From positions 150,213-214,212 of the forward strand of contig JANNSJ010000058.1 of NCBI GenBank assembly GCA_031402435.1: a DNA stretch of 64,000 bases, written 5' to 3'. This DNA comes from Bacteroidota bacterium (lineage in GTDB: Bacteria; Bacteroidota; Ignavibacteria; UBA10030; UBA6906). Shown piece by piece: positions 28,060 through 38,220 of the stretch. The notes beneath the pieces are model-generated. The model searched no databases. It was not told where the DNA came from and saw only the letters and a program-made list of their open reading frames with translations. Each line of letters begins with the position of its first letter. Within the stretch, counting starts at the first letter, position 1. Position numbers and translations under genes: made by a program.

Positions 28060-28140
28060 AACCTTTCCTCCTGTATTGTCTCTCGTAAATGTAGTCCGCC
28101 GCCGTGAATTTATCAACGTTTATGTGACGAGCCGGTCACC

Positions 28141-28169
28141 TTGAAAACACACGAAATAAGTAGTACATT
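28141..28169 (+). promoter_or_regulatory. Candidate sigma70 promoter of ftsB-like gene
   Basis: TTGAAA-N17-TACATT ending 9 nt before the ATG. Confidence 0.45.
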
Positions 28170-28178
28170 GACACCACA

Positions 28179-28523
28179 ATGGATAACCTTTTCTACCGCA
28201 AAGACAAGAAGTCGTTTGATGTTCGGGCAGCGCTCAAAAAGCTCCTCAAGAACAAGCGCGCCGTGCTTGGCCTCGTGGTAGGCGTTCCGCTCACGCTATT
28301 CCTGCTCTTCGGAAGTCATGGCATCATCCAGCGGTTCGGGCTCAAGAGCCAAAAGGCGGAGTTGGAAGCAAAAATTGAGCAGGCCAACGCTGAGACAAAA
28401 TTACTCCAGGCAGAATCCAAAGCGTTGGATGGCGACAAGAAAGCCATAGAGAAAGTCGCACGGGAAAAGTACGGGATGATTCGTGAAGGAGAAACGGTCT
28501 ATAAAGTCAGAAAGAAGAATTGA
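28179..28523 (+). CDS. ftsB: Septum formation initiator (FtsB/DivIC family)
   Basis: Single TM, coiled coil, AIEKVAREKYGMIREGETVY. Confidence 0.8.
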   Translation: MDNLFYRKDKKSFDVRAALKKLLKNKRAVLGLVVGVPLTLFLLFGSHGIIQRFGLKSQKAELEAKIEQANAETKLLQAESKALDGDKKAIEKVAREKYGMIREGETVYKVRKKN

Positions 28524-28538
28524 AAGGCGCATCGACCA

Positions 28539-28601
28539 CAGATTACCGATTACAGATCATCATCTCCTCCCGGCATTCACTGTAATCCGAGATTTGTAAT
28601 C
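28539..28601. repeat. Heptamer repeats in inverted arrangement
   Basis: CAGATTA CCGATTA CAGATCA followed by two GTAATC copies (reverse complement of GATTAC). Confidence 0.4.
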
Positions 28602-28604
28602 CCC

Positions 28605-29930
28605 ATGGATCTTTTCGCGTCAACATCTTCACCAACCCCACCATCCAAATCTGAAGCACCACTCGCAGAACGCGTACGCCCGCATACTCTCGAAGAGTTT
28701 GTCGGACAGGAACATCTGCTCGGTGAAGGGAGTCCGCTCCGCGTCCTGATCGAAAGCGATCAGCTTCCCTCGATCATTCTCTGGGGACCGCCCGGCAGCG
28801 GCAAGACAACGCTCGCCCGTATCATTGCCAAACACACCGCCGCGGATTTCTTCCAACTCAACGCTGTCTCGTCCGGTGTGAAAGATGTTCGTGAAGTCAT
28901 CGAGCGCGCCGAGGCAAACCGGAAACATCTCGGCAAACGCACGGTGTTGTTCATTGACGAGATTCATCGCTTCAACAAGGCGCAACAGGATGCACTGCTC
29001 CACAGCGTCGAAGATGGTGTGATCACGTTGATCGGCGCAACGACGGAGAATCCGTCCTTTGAAGTCATCTCGCCGCTCCTCTCTCGCAGTCGCATTTATG
29101 TTCTTGAGCCTCTCACTCCCGAGCATCTCAACCGGATCATTGACCATGCATTGACGACGGACGTCAAACTCAGCAAGCACTCGATAGTTGTGAACGACCG
29201 TGACTACCTGATGCTGCTTTCGGGCGGCGATGCAAGGATGATGCTGAACGGGTTGGAGACGGCGATCAGTTTGTCAAAACCCTCGGCACATGCAAAGCGC
29301 ATCGTCGGCAAGAAGCAAATTGAGGAAGCATTCCAACGTAAATATGTCCGGTACGATAAGGGAGGAGAGGAGCACTATAATCAGATTTCCGCGTTCATAA
29401 AGAGCGTTCGGGGAAGCGATCCCGATGCCGCCGTGTACTGGATGGCTCGAATGCTGGATGGGGGAGAGGACCCGAAGTTCATTGCGCGCCGGTTGATTGT
29501 TCTTGCATCGGAAGACATTGGCAATGCCGATCCGCAGGCGCTTGTGCTGGCAACTTCCTGCTTCACGGCGGTTGACTACATCGGCATGCCGGAGGCGCGC
29601 ATTATCCTCTCACAAACTGCAACATACCTTGCCTCCGCTCCGAAGAGTAACGCGTCCTACGCAGCAATCAATCAGGCGATGGCGGACATCAAGAACATGC
29701 CGGACAACCCAGTGCCATTGCATCTTCGCAACGCGCCAACCAAGCTGATGGAAACGCTGGGATACGGCGGGGAGTACAAGTACAGTCATGATTTTGATCA
29801 GCATTTCGTTGAACAGCAATACCTGCCCGATAATCTGAAGGGGAAGATCTATTACCATCCTACCGATAATGGGGAAGAGAAAACCATTCGGGAGAGGCTG
29901 AATAGCTGGTGGAAGTCGAGAAAAAGATGA
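28605..29930 (+). CDS. rarA: Replication-associated recombination protein A (RarA/MgsA)
   Basis: [44 protein letters not shown]. Confidence 0.95.
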   Translation: MDLFASTSSPTPPSKSEAPLAERVRPHTLEEFVGQEHLLGEGSPLRVLIESDQLPSIILWGPPGSGKTTLARIIAKHTAADFFQLNAVSSGVKDVREVIERAEANRKHLGKRTVLFIDEIHRFNKAQQDALLHSVEDGVITLIGATTENPSFEVISPLLSRSRIYVLEPLTPEHLNRIIDHALTTDVKLSKHSIVVNDRDYLMLLSGGDARMMLNGLETAISLSKPSAHAKRIVGKKQIEEAFQRKYVRYDKGGEEHYNQISAFIKSVRGSDPDAAVYWMARMLDGGEDPKFIARRLIVLASEDIGNADPQALVLATSCFTAVDYIGMPEARIILSQTATYLASAPKSNASYAAINQAMADIKNMPDNPVPLHLRNAPTKLMETLGYGGEYKYSHDFDQHFVEQQYLPDNLKGKIYYHPTDNGEEKTIRERLNSWWKSRKR

Positions 29931-29937
29931 AACAAAC

Positions 29938-29973
29938 TAGTCATTAGTCACTGGTCGATTAGTCAATAGTCAA
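29938..29973. repeat. Short tandem heptamer array (TAGTCAN x5)
   Basis: TAGTCAT TAGTCAC TGGTCGAT TAGTCAA TAGTCAA in the rarA-lptD spacer. Confidence 0.6.
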
Positions 29974-30002
29974 AGAGTTATTAGGTAGAAAAGTAGAGAG
30001 TT

Positions 30003-32588
30003 GTGAAGGTTCATTCGCTGACATATTGGGTTTTCTTTCTGGGTGTTCTTGCTGTGATGATTCCATCCGGATCGTTTGCGCAGGAGCGTTCCATCGCGGA
30101 TACAACCCTTGCCTTGGTTGCAGATACATCGAAGGTAAAAGCCGACACGACCAAAACAGTGAAGTCTCCGTCGGGGGTTGATTCGGTGGTGACGTACTCA
30201 GCCGTTGATTCGCTTGTGTACTCCCTGCGAACCAAGACGATGTACCTCTACGGCAAAGGAGATATCAAATATAAAGAGCTTGGCTTGAAGGCGGAGAATA
30301 TCGACATCAATCTGAACACATCCACACTCAATGCAGTTGGTGTGCTTGATACCGCCGACACGACAGGAAAGAAATTCCGCGGTCAGCCCGATCTCATCGA
30401 TAGCGGCGAGAAATATCACGGCTCGAAGATCACCTACAATTTCAAATCCAAGAAAGGGAAGATCACTCTTGGGGAGACGGCAATGGAAGAGGGGCTGTAC
30501 TACGGCGAGCAGATCAAGCGGGTCGATACCGATGTGTTGTTTGTTGGGGAGGGAAAATATACAACGTGCGAGCTTGAACATCCTCACTATTACTTCGGCA
30601 GTCCCGAGATGAAAGTAACAGTGAAGGACAAAGTGGTTGCACGTCCGGTGTACCTGTATCTTTCTGACGTTCCCGTGTTTGCTTTGCCGTTCGGGATATT
30701 TCCAACAGATCGTGGTCGGCGCTCCGGTCTCATCGCGCCCGCGTACGGCGAGAGCGGAAGGGGCAGGTATCTCATGCATCTCGGTTATTACTGGGCGATC
30801 AGCGACTATATGGATCTGAGTCTCCGTGGCGATGGGTATACCAAAGGAAGCTGGGTGCTCTACTCGGACTATCGTTACGCGCTCCGGTACAACTTCGTTG
30901 GCGGTTTAAGCGGATCATACGCGAAGACCATCTCCGGACTGCGCGGCGATCCCGGATACAGCCAGGAGACGCAGTTCAACGTCCGGATGAACCACAATCA
31001 GGACATCAATCCGACGACGCGGCTGGTGGTTGACTTCACATTCTCCAGCGGGAATTACTATCAGCGTACAAGCAACAACCTTCAAGATCTTCTCCGACAA
31101 AACATCATCTCCAATGCAACGCTGACCAAGTCATGGGAAGGTACGCCCAACAGCATGTCGATGAATATCCGTCGTGATCAAAATCTCCGGGATGGATCGG
31201 TCAGCGAGGTGATTCCAAGCCTCTCGTTCAACGTCGGCCAGAGTTTTCCCTTCCGTTCGAAAAAGCGAAGCGGCGGGGAGGACTCGCAGCAGTGGTATGA
31301 TCTGATTGGCTACTCCTATGGAGCGCAGTTCCTCAATGTACACAACAAGGTTCCCGTTCCCGACAGTCTCGGCGGCGGCTTCTCGCACAACGAGCGTCGT
31401 GGAATCCAACACACCGTTTTAATCAGTGCATCACCAAAGTTGAGTTATTTTACGATCACGCCATTCTTCAACTATGCTGAGAAATGGTACGACAAGCAGA
31501 TCGAGCGCAGATTCAACCCGTCCGACAGTACAATAACCACGAACGACGTAAAAACCGTGAAGGCCGTCCGGTACTATGATATGGGAGTATCAGCAGCGAC
31601 GAAGCTGTACGGCGTGTTTCAGCCGGGCATTTTTGGTATTAAGGGAATCCGTCACCAGCTTTCTCCGAGTCTTTCCTATACGTACCAACCGGACTTCTCC
31701 CAGCCCAAGTATGGCTACTACGGAACGTACCGCAATGCCGCGGGAGTTGAGCAGAAATACAACCTCTACGAACGTGAAGTGTTCGGTGGATCACCCGCCG
31801 GTGAACGTCAGGCAATCGGATTGAACATCGGCAACGTGCTTGAGATGAAGATGGCGGGGAATGACAGCTCCGGTGAGGACCGGAAGTTCACCCTGCTGAA
31901 CCTTGGCGCCGGCATTTCCTACAACTTTGCTGCCGACAGCCTGCGGTTCAGCGAGCTCGGCCTTTCGTACCGGACAAACATCGGGGAGAAATTTAATATC
32001 GGCGGCAATGCGTCGTACAACCTGTACAAGTTTGAAGTTGATCAGAAAGGCATTGGGCGGCGCGTCAACAAATTTCTCATCAACACGCAGGGACGGCTTG
32101 CGCAGTTGACGAACTTCAGTATCAGCATAGGCACGAGCCTGAGCGGTGAGAAGAAGGAAACCAAAGCCGGACCGATACGAACTGCTGAGGATTCGATCGC
32201 GCAGTTTCAAAAGGGGGGCTACGTCGGGTTGTATGACCAGGAGGTGCCCGACTTCAGCATTCCCTGGAACCTTGACCTCACGTGGAATTTCAGCCAGAAC
32301 CAGTCCGACCCGCGTTTCAAGTCCCGCAGCTCAAACATCTCGGCGGCTCTCGGCTTCAACCTGACGGAGTTCTGGAAGATCAACGCAAGCACAAGCTACG
32401 ATGTGATCAATCGGGAGTTCGCCGCGCCGCAGGTGACGGTCTACCGCGACCTGCATTGCTGGGAGCTGAACTTCAGTTGGGTGCCAACGGGGGCATACCG
32501 GAACTACCGCTTCGAGATCAAACTGAAGGCGCCGCAACTGCGTGACGTGAAGGTGACGAAGCAGTTTAATTCGAGGGAGATATTTTGA
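30003..32588 (+). CDS. lptD: LPS-assembly protein LptD (Bacteroidota/Chlorobi type)
   Basis: Signal peptide, OstA-like N-domain (YTTCELEHPHY), long beta-barrel, C-terminal RDLHCWE motif. Confidence 0.85.
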   Translation: MKVHSLTYWVFFLGVLAVMIPSGSFAQERSIADTTLALVADTSKVKADTTKTVKSPSGVDSVVTYSAVDSLVYSLRTKTMYLYGKGDIKYKELGLKAENIDINLNTSTLNAVGVLDTADTTGKKFRGQPDLIDSGEKYHGSKITYNFKSKKGKITLGETAMEEGLYYGEQIKRVDTDVLFVGEGKYTTCELEHPHYYFGSPEMKVTVKDKVVARPVYLYLSDVPVFALPFGIFPTDRGRRSGLIAPAYGESGRGRYLMHLGYYWAISDYMDLSLRGDGYTKGSWVLYSDYRYALRYNFVGGLSGSYAKTISGLRGDPGYSQETQFNVRMNHNQDINPTTRLVVDFTFSSGNYYQRTSNNLQDLLRQNIISNATLTKSWEGTPNSMSMNIRRDQNLRDGSVSEVIPSLSFNVGQSFPFRSKKRSGGEDSQQWYDLIGYSYGAQFLNVHNKVPVPDSLGGGFSHNERRGIQHTVLISASPKLSYFTITPFFNYAEKWYDKQIERRFNPSDSTITTNDVKTVKAVRYYDMGVSAATKLYGVFQPGIFGIKGIRHQLSPSLSYTYQPDFSQPKYGYYGTYRNAAGVEQKYNLYEREVFGGSPAGERQAIGLNIGNVLEMKMAGNDSSGEDRKFTLLNLGAGISYNFAADSLRFSELGLSYRTNIGEKFNIGGNASYNLYKFEVDQKGIGRRVNKFLINTQGRLAQLTNFSISIGTSLSGEKKETKAGPIRTAEDSIAQFQKGGYVGLYDQEVPDFSIPWNLDLTWNFSQNQSDPRFKSRSSNISAALGFNLTEFWKINASTSYDVINREFAAPQVTVYRDLHCWELNFSWVPTGAYRNYRFEIKLKAPQLRDVKVTKQFNSREIF

Positions 32589-32589
32589 G

Positions 32590-33663
32590 ATGATAGCACT
32601 CAAACGTGCTCAGATGGGAAAATTTATCATACTAAGCCTATTTCTTTCGTTTCAAGCCACTTCACAAACGGGAATCATTGTTCAACATTGGGTGCAAGAA
32701 TATCAGCATCGTGGAAGGATCATTCATGACGTAGTTATCGATCCGTCTGGTAATATTCATTCGGCAGCAATCAGTATCCCATCCGTTGAGATGTCTGGAG
32801 GGGTTTTGTTCTATTCCAAAATTGGAAAGGACGGAGAAGAGAGCCAAGAAACAAGAGTGTCCCGGGGGACGGTGAGCCGTTCTACGATTGTTCTAAACAG
32901 ACACGGCGATGCCTTTCTCCTCTATAGCATTGGTACATACATGTACTACGCAGTCTTTGGCAAAGACGGAACGATGAAAACCAAGATGAGCCAACCGGTT
33001 TCGAACCATGAATCCGGAACCGATTATGCCGTGGATTTCGATGATGATGGATCTTTAGAGATATTCGATCGGGCTAACTCAGATTTGTACTGGAAGATTG
33101 ATCGGTGGGGAGCCATTGTGGATCATAAAAAGACTCCTCCCCTCGGATTGAGGGTCCCAACCAACGGTTTCGTTGCTAAGAAACTTGATGCTAACTCCTG
33201 GCTTCTTGTATGGCACCCTGAGAACTACGAGCTAGGCACCTTTGATTTTGACTCAATCCAAACCATGATTGTTGGAATGTCGCCGATCCAAATCAAATCG
33301 CCGGTACAATCTCACGCCGTGAAAAATATAGCTGATGCGATCATTGAAAATGTTGAGATTGAACGTACCGAAATGGTGCGAGCTTCAGACGGAGCGTTCT
33401 TGTTTATACCGGTTAAAAGGGGAGAGATGGCAAGGATGTACAGAATTAGATTTGATAAGGAGGGAAATATCCGCTCGTCCAGGAAGAATCATGTTCCACT
33501 TATTGGCTATTCAGAATTATTGCTCAGGAATCAGTCAATCAGACTTGGGAAACAGAGAGCGGATGAAGGGAGCGCAGAGAGACTCGCTTTCTTCTATGGA
33601 TTTACTCCTGGTGGGGAACTGTACTACGAGCGAACCGATTTGAAGTTAAAGCAGAGCAAGTAA
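32590..33663 (+). CDS. Exported hypothetical protein (orphan, AT-richer than flanks)
   Basis: 357 aa ORF 1 nt after the lptD stop; signal-peptide-like N-terminus; no recognised motif. Confidence 0.7.
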   Translation: MIALKRAQMGKFIILSLFLSFQATSQTGIIVQHWVQEYQHRGRIIHDVVIDPSGNIHSAAISIPSVEMSGGVLFYSKIGKDGEESQETRVSRGTVSRSTIVLNRHGDAFLLYSIGTYMYYAVFGKDGTMKTKMSQPVSNHESGTDYAVDFDDDGSLEIFDRANSDLYWKIDRWGAIVDHKKTPPLGLRVPTNGFVAKKLDANSWLLVWHPENYELGTFDFDSIQTMIVGMSPIQIKSPVQSHAVKNIADAIIENVEIERTEMVRASDGAFLFIPVKRGEMARMYRIRFDKEGNIRSSRKNHVPLIGYSELLLRNQSIRLGKQRADEGSAERLAFFYGFTPGGELYYERTDLKLKQSK

Positions 33664-33737
33664 TACGCAGCTGATCTTGGATTGTCCAGTCAATGATCAC
33701 GAATTTAGTTGGATGCAGCAAAACAGTAGTCTCGTTG

Positions 33738-35000
33738 CTATGCCGACTGTTTCCGCTCCTCATAACTGTAAAGCGGCTCGGTCTTGTGTAGCACCGAGTC
33801 GCGTGTAATTGTGCAACCGGAGACCTTTGCTCGGTCGGGGAGGTTGTACATGATATCCAGCATTACCTCTTCAATGATCGATCGCAGTGCCCGTGCGCCG
33901 GTGCCGCGTGCGATTGCCCTCAACACAATTTCCCGTAACGCCCCATCTTCAAATTCGAGGTCTACACCTTCCATTCTGAACAGCTTGTTGTATTGCTTGA
34001 TGATGGCATTCTTCGGCTGCGTGAGAATGTTCAGTAGAGCGTCCTCACTCAGCGAGTGAAGTGGTGCAACAAGCGGCAATCTGCCAACGAACTCAGGGAT
34101 GAGTCCGAACTTCACGAGATCGTCCGGCTGAACGAGGGGTAGAAATGAATCTGCGGTTTCTTCTTTTTTACTACGGACATCGGCTCCGAAGCCCATCGGG
34201 TTCTGGTTCACCCGCCGCGCAATGATCTTCTCGAGTCCATCGAATGCGCCGCCGCAAATAAAGAGAATGTTCTTCGTGTTGAGATTGATCAGGCTCTGCT
34301 CGGGGTGCTTGCGTCCGCCCTTTGGAGGAACGCCGGCGAGTGTGCCTTCCAGGATTTTAAGCAACGCCTGCTGCACGCCTTCACCGGAGACGTCACGGGT
34401 AATGGATGCGCTATCGCTCTTGCGTGCAATCTTGTCAATCTCATCAATGTACACGATGCCGCGCTCAGCCTTCTCGATATTGTATTCGGCATTCTGCAGA
34501 AGATGGACGAGAATCGTTTCAACGTCATCACCAACGTAACCGGCTTCGGTCAGCGTTGTTGCATCAGCGATGGCGAACGGAAGGTCGAGAATCTTCGCCA
34601 GCGTTTGAGCAAGAAGGGTCTTGCCTGTTCCGGTCGGGCCAATAAGCAGGATGTTGGTCTTCTCAATCTCTACATCATCAATATCATAGAGCCGATCCTT
34701 GGCGTCGATGCGCTTGTAGTGGTTGTACACTGCAACGGCCAGGCTTTTCTTCGCCTGTTCCTGTCCGATGACGTATTCATCGAGGGCGTTCTTGATTTGA
34801 ATTGGTGTGAGTGTTGCCTTGGGGCCACGTCGGGTCGAGAACGCAGCAAGGTTGTTCCTGATAATATCGACGGAGCTGGATACGCAGATGTCGCAGATGT
34901 AGACATCCGGTCCGGCAATGATGCTCTGGACTTCTTCAGGAGTTCTTCCACAGAATGAACAGTGGATTTTCTCGCCGCCTCTCGACTTGGTTGGTGACAT
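33738..35000 (-). CDS. clpX: ATP-dependent Clp protease ATP-binding subunit ClpX
   Basis: CSFCG...ICDIC zinc finger, [29 protein letters not shown]. Confidence 0.98.
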   Translation of the reverse strand: MSPTKSRGGEKIHCSFCGRTPEEVQSIIAGPDVYICDICVSSSVDIIRNNLAAFSTRRGPKATLTPIQIKNALDEYVIGQEQAKKSLAVAVYNHYKRIDAKDRLYDIDDVEIEKTNILLIGPTGTGKTLLAQTLAKILDLPFAIADATTLTEAGYVGDDVETILVHLLQNAEYNIEKAERGIVYIDEIDKIARKSDSASITRDVSGEGVQQALLKILEGTLAGVPPKGGRKHPEQSLINLNTKNILFICGGAFDGLEKIIARRVNQNPMGFGADVRSKKEETADSFLPLVQPDDLVKFGLIPEFVGRLPLVAPLHSLSEDALLNILTQPKNAIIKQYNKLFRMEGVDLEFEDGALREIVLRAIARGTGARALRSIIEEVMLDIMYNLPDRAKVSGCTITRDSVLHKTEPLYSYEERKQSA

Positions 35001-35018
35001 GTCGTTTCGCCCCGCTGG

Positions 35019-35636
35019 TTACTTTTTAGGTTCGTCGGCTTTCTTGGTGAACACGTTGTCAATCAGGCCGTATGTTTTTGCATCTTCGGAAGACATGTAG
35101 CGGTCGCGGTCCGTGTCTCTTTCCAGTTGCTCGACAGGCTTGTTGCAATGTTTGGCAAGGATCTGGTTCAGTCGTTTCTTCGTGAGGAGAATCTCCTCGG
35201 CCTGAATGCTGATATCCGACGCCGTGCCCTGCACTCCGCCCCACGGCTGATGAATCATGATGCGTGCATTCGGAAGCGCCGCCCGTTTGCCTGCTGCACC
35301 GCCGGCGAGCAATACTGCGCCCATGCTTGCCGCAAGTCCGATACACGTGGTTGCTACGTCCGGCCTAATGTACTGCATGGTATCATAAATTGCCAGCCCT
35401 GCGGAAACACTGCCGCCCGGGCTGTTCACATAGACGTTGATATCCTTGTCGGGGTCTTCCGACTGGAGGAAGAGAAGCTGTGCGATCGTCACGCTTGCGA
35501 CACCGTCATCGATCGGCGTTCCGATGAACACGATGCGCTCCTTCAGCAAGCGCGAGAAGATATCGTATGCGCGCTCGCCCCGGCCCGTTTGCTCGACAAC
35601 CATTGGTACCAATTGGTTCACAATTTTAGAGCTCAT
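35019..35636 (-). CDS. clpP: ATP-dependent Clp protease proteolytic subunit
   Basis: [22 protein letters not shown] (catalytic Ser), MIHQP (His). Confidence 0.98.
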   Translation of the reverse strand: MSSKIVNQLVPMVVEQTGRGERAYDIFSRLLKERIVFIGTPIDDGVASVTIAQLLFLQSEDPDKDINVYVNSPGGSVSAGLAIYDTMQYIRPDVATTCIGLAASMGAVLLAGGAAGKRAALPNARIMIHQPWGGVQGTASDISIQAEEILLTKKRLNQILAKHCNKPVEQLERDTDRDRYMSSEDAKTYGLIDNVFTKKADEPKK

Positions 35637-35676
35637 TGTATCCTTTCCTTTTCAGTATAGATGATAAGAATTCCTT

Positions 35677-36954
35677 CTACGCCTCGCGTTGTTCCTCAAT
35701 CACCTTGTCGGTAATCTTCACGTTGGATTTCAGAAATGCCATGATCTTGTCGGTGAGAAGACGCTCGTTACCGGCATTGGACATTTTGTAATACTCAATC
35801 AGCCGTTCTTTGTCCACACCGATGCGAACTGCGTCGGCTTCTGCAAGCTTTTCGAGTTCCTCTTCGGTCACCGTGATCTTCTCGACCTCTGTTATACATT
35901 GCTTCAGCAATGTCCACTTAGCTTGCCAGATGGCATACTCGCGGCTCTCTTCGCGGAACTTCTTCTCGTCGAAGTTCTTCGGAAGTTTCTTGTCGCGTGC
36001 CTTGTTCTTGACATCATCGACAAACGCGTCGAGAAAGGAGTTCACCATCGACTCCGGCACGGGAAACTCGTGCATCTTCACCAATTCCTGTGCGATTGCG
36101 TCGTCTACTTTTCGCTCGGCCTGTTCTGACCAATAGCGCTCGATATCCTGGCGCATATTCTGCTTGAATTCCTCCGGCGTGGAGAATTTCTCCGCAGAAA
36201 TCTTCTTCACCAACTCCGCATCGAATTCCGGAAGGTTGAGCTTCTCGATCTTCTTGACGGCGATGGAAAGGTTGACCGCGTGGGAATGGTCGCCGTGTTT
36301 CGATTCAAACGTCGCGCGGTACGTTTCTCCGACGGTAGCGGATTTCAACGCGTCCTTGATTTCCTTTATCAGGGTTGGATCAGACAGGGTGAAGCGCGTG
36401 TCCACAGATTTTTTGCCGATGACCGGCGCCCCGGTCTCATCGAGTTCATGGGCATCGGCGATGACGACATGTTCTTCATCGCTGACCGACTGCACTTCAG
36501 TGCTCGTACTATTTGATTGCCTGAGGTGATGGAGTTCGGCGTCGATCTCGGCATCCGCCACCTTGTGAACCGGCCTCTCAACATGGATGTTCTTGAACTT
36601 GCCTAACTCGATTTCCGGTTTCACGTCGTACTGGATTTTGAAGCGGAAATGGTCGCCACGCTTGAAGTCCATATCGACCATTGATGGCGTTCCGAGCGGC
36701 GTGATATTCTTCTCGATCATCGCCTTGCGGTAGACTTCGTTCGCCACTTCATCGAGTGCTTCATGTTCAATGGCATCCCCGTACAGTTTCTTCACGAGGT
36801 CCATGGGGGCTTTTCCCTTGCGGAATCCCTTCAGTTCAACTTTTGGTTGGTATTTCTGGTAGGCGGCGGTAAAATGCGGCTGCAACTCATCATTCGACAC
36901 ACTGATATCAGCTTCGTGGCGAACTTCGGAGATGGGATTGATGGTAATTTCCAA
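35677..36954 (-). CDS. tig: Trigger factor
   Basis: GFRKGKAP ribosome-binding motif; tig-clpP-clpX synteny; TTG start at 36954 with AAGGA RBS. Confidence 0.93.
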   Translation of the reverse strand: MEITINPISEVRHEADISVSNDELQPHFTAAYQKYQPKVELKGFRKGKAPMDLVKKLYGDAIEHEALDEVANEVYRKAMIEKNITPLGTPSMVDMDFKRGDHFRFKIQYDVKPEIELGKFKNIHVERPVHKVADAEIDAELHHLRQSNSTSTEVQSVSDEEHVVIADAHELDETGAPVIGKKSVDTRFTLSDPTLIKEIKDALKSATVGETYRATFESKHGDHSHAVNLSIAVKKIEKLNLPEFDAELVKKISAEKFSTPEEFKQNMRQDIERYWSEQAERKVDDAIAQELVKMHEFPVPESMVNSFLDAFVDDVKNKARDKKLPKNFDEKKFREESREYAIWQAKWTLLKQCITEVEKITVTEEELEKLAEADAVRIGVDKERLIEYYKMSNAGNERLLTDKIMAFLKSNVKITDKVIEEQREA

Positions 36955-36983
36955 CGTCTCGCTTCCTTTTTGATGATTGTTGA

Positions 36984-37034
36984 GTGGGCATAGAGGGATT
37001 TGAACCCCCGCGAGCCTCCTCACTAGATCCTAAG
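36984..37034 (-). repeat. Displaced 3' half of tRNA-Leu(TAG) (att direct repeat)
   Basis: 51 bp, 47/51 identical to 42935..42985; runs from the anticodon loop to the acceptor 3' strand. Confidence 0.9.
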
Positions 37035-37050
37035 AATATTGCTAGAGAGG

Positions 37051-37080
37051 AATATACCATTTCCAATTCAGTTTCAGCAA
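37051..37080 (-). promoter_or_regulatory. Candidate outward-facing promoter at the island edge reading into tig
   Basis: Minus strand TTGCTG-N18-TATATT with extended -10 (TGnTATATT). Confidence 0.45.
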
Positions 37081-37416
37081 CTTTTCCTTGTCCAAAATCT
37101 GTTTTCGGCGCCAATCAACTGATCGGTGGTAAGATTTTGGTAAGGTTTGTATCCAGCAGTGATGTTCTGCAATTGCTATTGGAAGATTATGGTAGGAATA
37201 TTCTTCATGAATTTCCAGTGGCAGCACCATGTAATAGAGTCATGTTCCCAACCTTCTCTATACACCCCGATCTTGGAATTCTGCTCCTGTGCCATGTCCC
37301 TCGCATCTCAAGGTCACAAACAGCCGCCCTACTCCTCAAGGGGATGAAACCCGCTATGACAGGCAACTGGGGCCGGATCGAACTGTTTGTCGTGGCTGCC
37401 GGCAACGAGGCGGGTA

Positions 37417-37445
37417 TTGACAAGACTGGTTTATTCCTTTACTTT
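37417..37445 (+). promoter_or_regulatory. Candidate sigma70 promoter of the island ECF gene
   Basis: TTGACA-N17-TACTTT ending 44 nt before ATG 37490. Confidence 0.55.
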
Positions 37446-37489
37446 CAATCAGTTGAATAATTGTTCTTGCACCAATCTCTAAACCACTC

Positions 37490-38059
37490 ATGCCCGAACG
37501 CCCGCCACTAGACATCACTCTACTGTTGGAAGATTGCATCAACGGGAGAAAAGGGGCCGTTGATAAGCTCCTTCCTCTGGTTTATGGAGAGCTGAAAAGA
37601 ATAGCGTCGAAGTATCTACGCGATGAATATCGTCAGCATACATTCCAAACCACTGAGCTGGTTCATGAAGCCTACATGAAACTTATCGGCGGAGAGAATA
37701 TCAATTGGCAGAACAGGGCGCATTTTTTTGGGATAGCAGCAAACTCGATGCGCCAGATTCTCGTCGATTATGCCCGAAAGCGCAATTCTCAGAAAAGGGG
37801 AGAAGGTCAAACCATTCTCTCACTCAATGAAGCTTTGGGGATTGCGGTTCAATCAGACGAAGACATACTCGCACTTGATGAAGCTCTGAAAAAGTTGGAA
37901 TCATTTGACGCGGGATTAAACAAGATTGTTGAGTTGAGATTCTTTGCGGGACTCAATGTCGAAGAAACGGCAAGTGTACTCGGTAGTTCTGCTTCTACTG
38001 TAAAGCGAGAGTGGAGTTTAGCAAGAGCCTGGTTGTTCCGGGAACTGGGAAAGGAATAG
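37490..38059 (+). CDS. ECF sigma factor, TIGR02999 / ECF43-like (kinase-associated)
   Basis: LLPLVYGELKRIA, FQTTELVHEAYMKL, WQNRAHFFGIAANSMRQILVDYAR, VELRFFAGL, STVKREWSLARAWL. Confidence 0.92.
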   Translation: MPERPPLDITLLLEDCINGRKGAVDKLLPLVYGELKRIASKYLRDEYRQHTFQTTELVHEAYMKLIGGENINWQNRAHFFGIAANSMRQILVDYARKRNSQKRGEGQTILSLNEALGIAVQSDEDILALDEALKKLESFDAGLNKIVELRFFAGLNVEETASVLGSSASTVKREWSLARAWLFRELGKE

Positions 38060-38220
38060 GGCGATTCCCACCGAATAATGAATATATGAGACTTTCCCTG
38101 AATAACCCTTTGACGAGAAAGCCCTCCTTACAAAGTGATTTGACCCCGTTTTTCAAATTCTACGCATGTATTTGTAGAACGGTGCTCACCAAACTCAAAT
38201 CATTCATCAAAGGAGGCTTT

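Noticed and set aside
36955-37023. N-terminal extension of trigger factor given by the ORF track
   Set aside because: It runs through the displaced tRNA fragment; the TTG at 36954 has an RBS and gives a normal-length protein.
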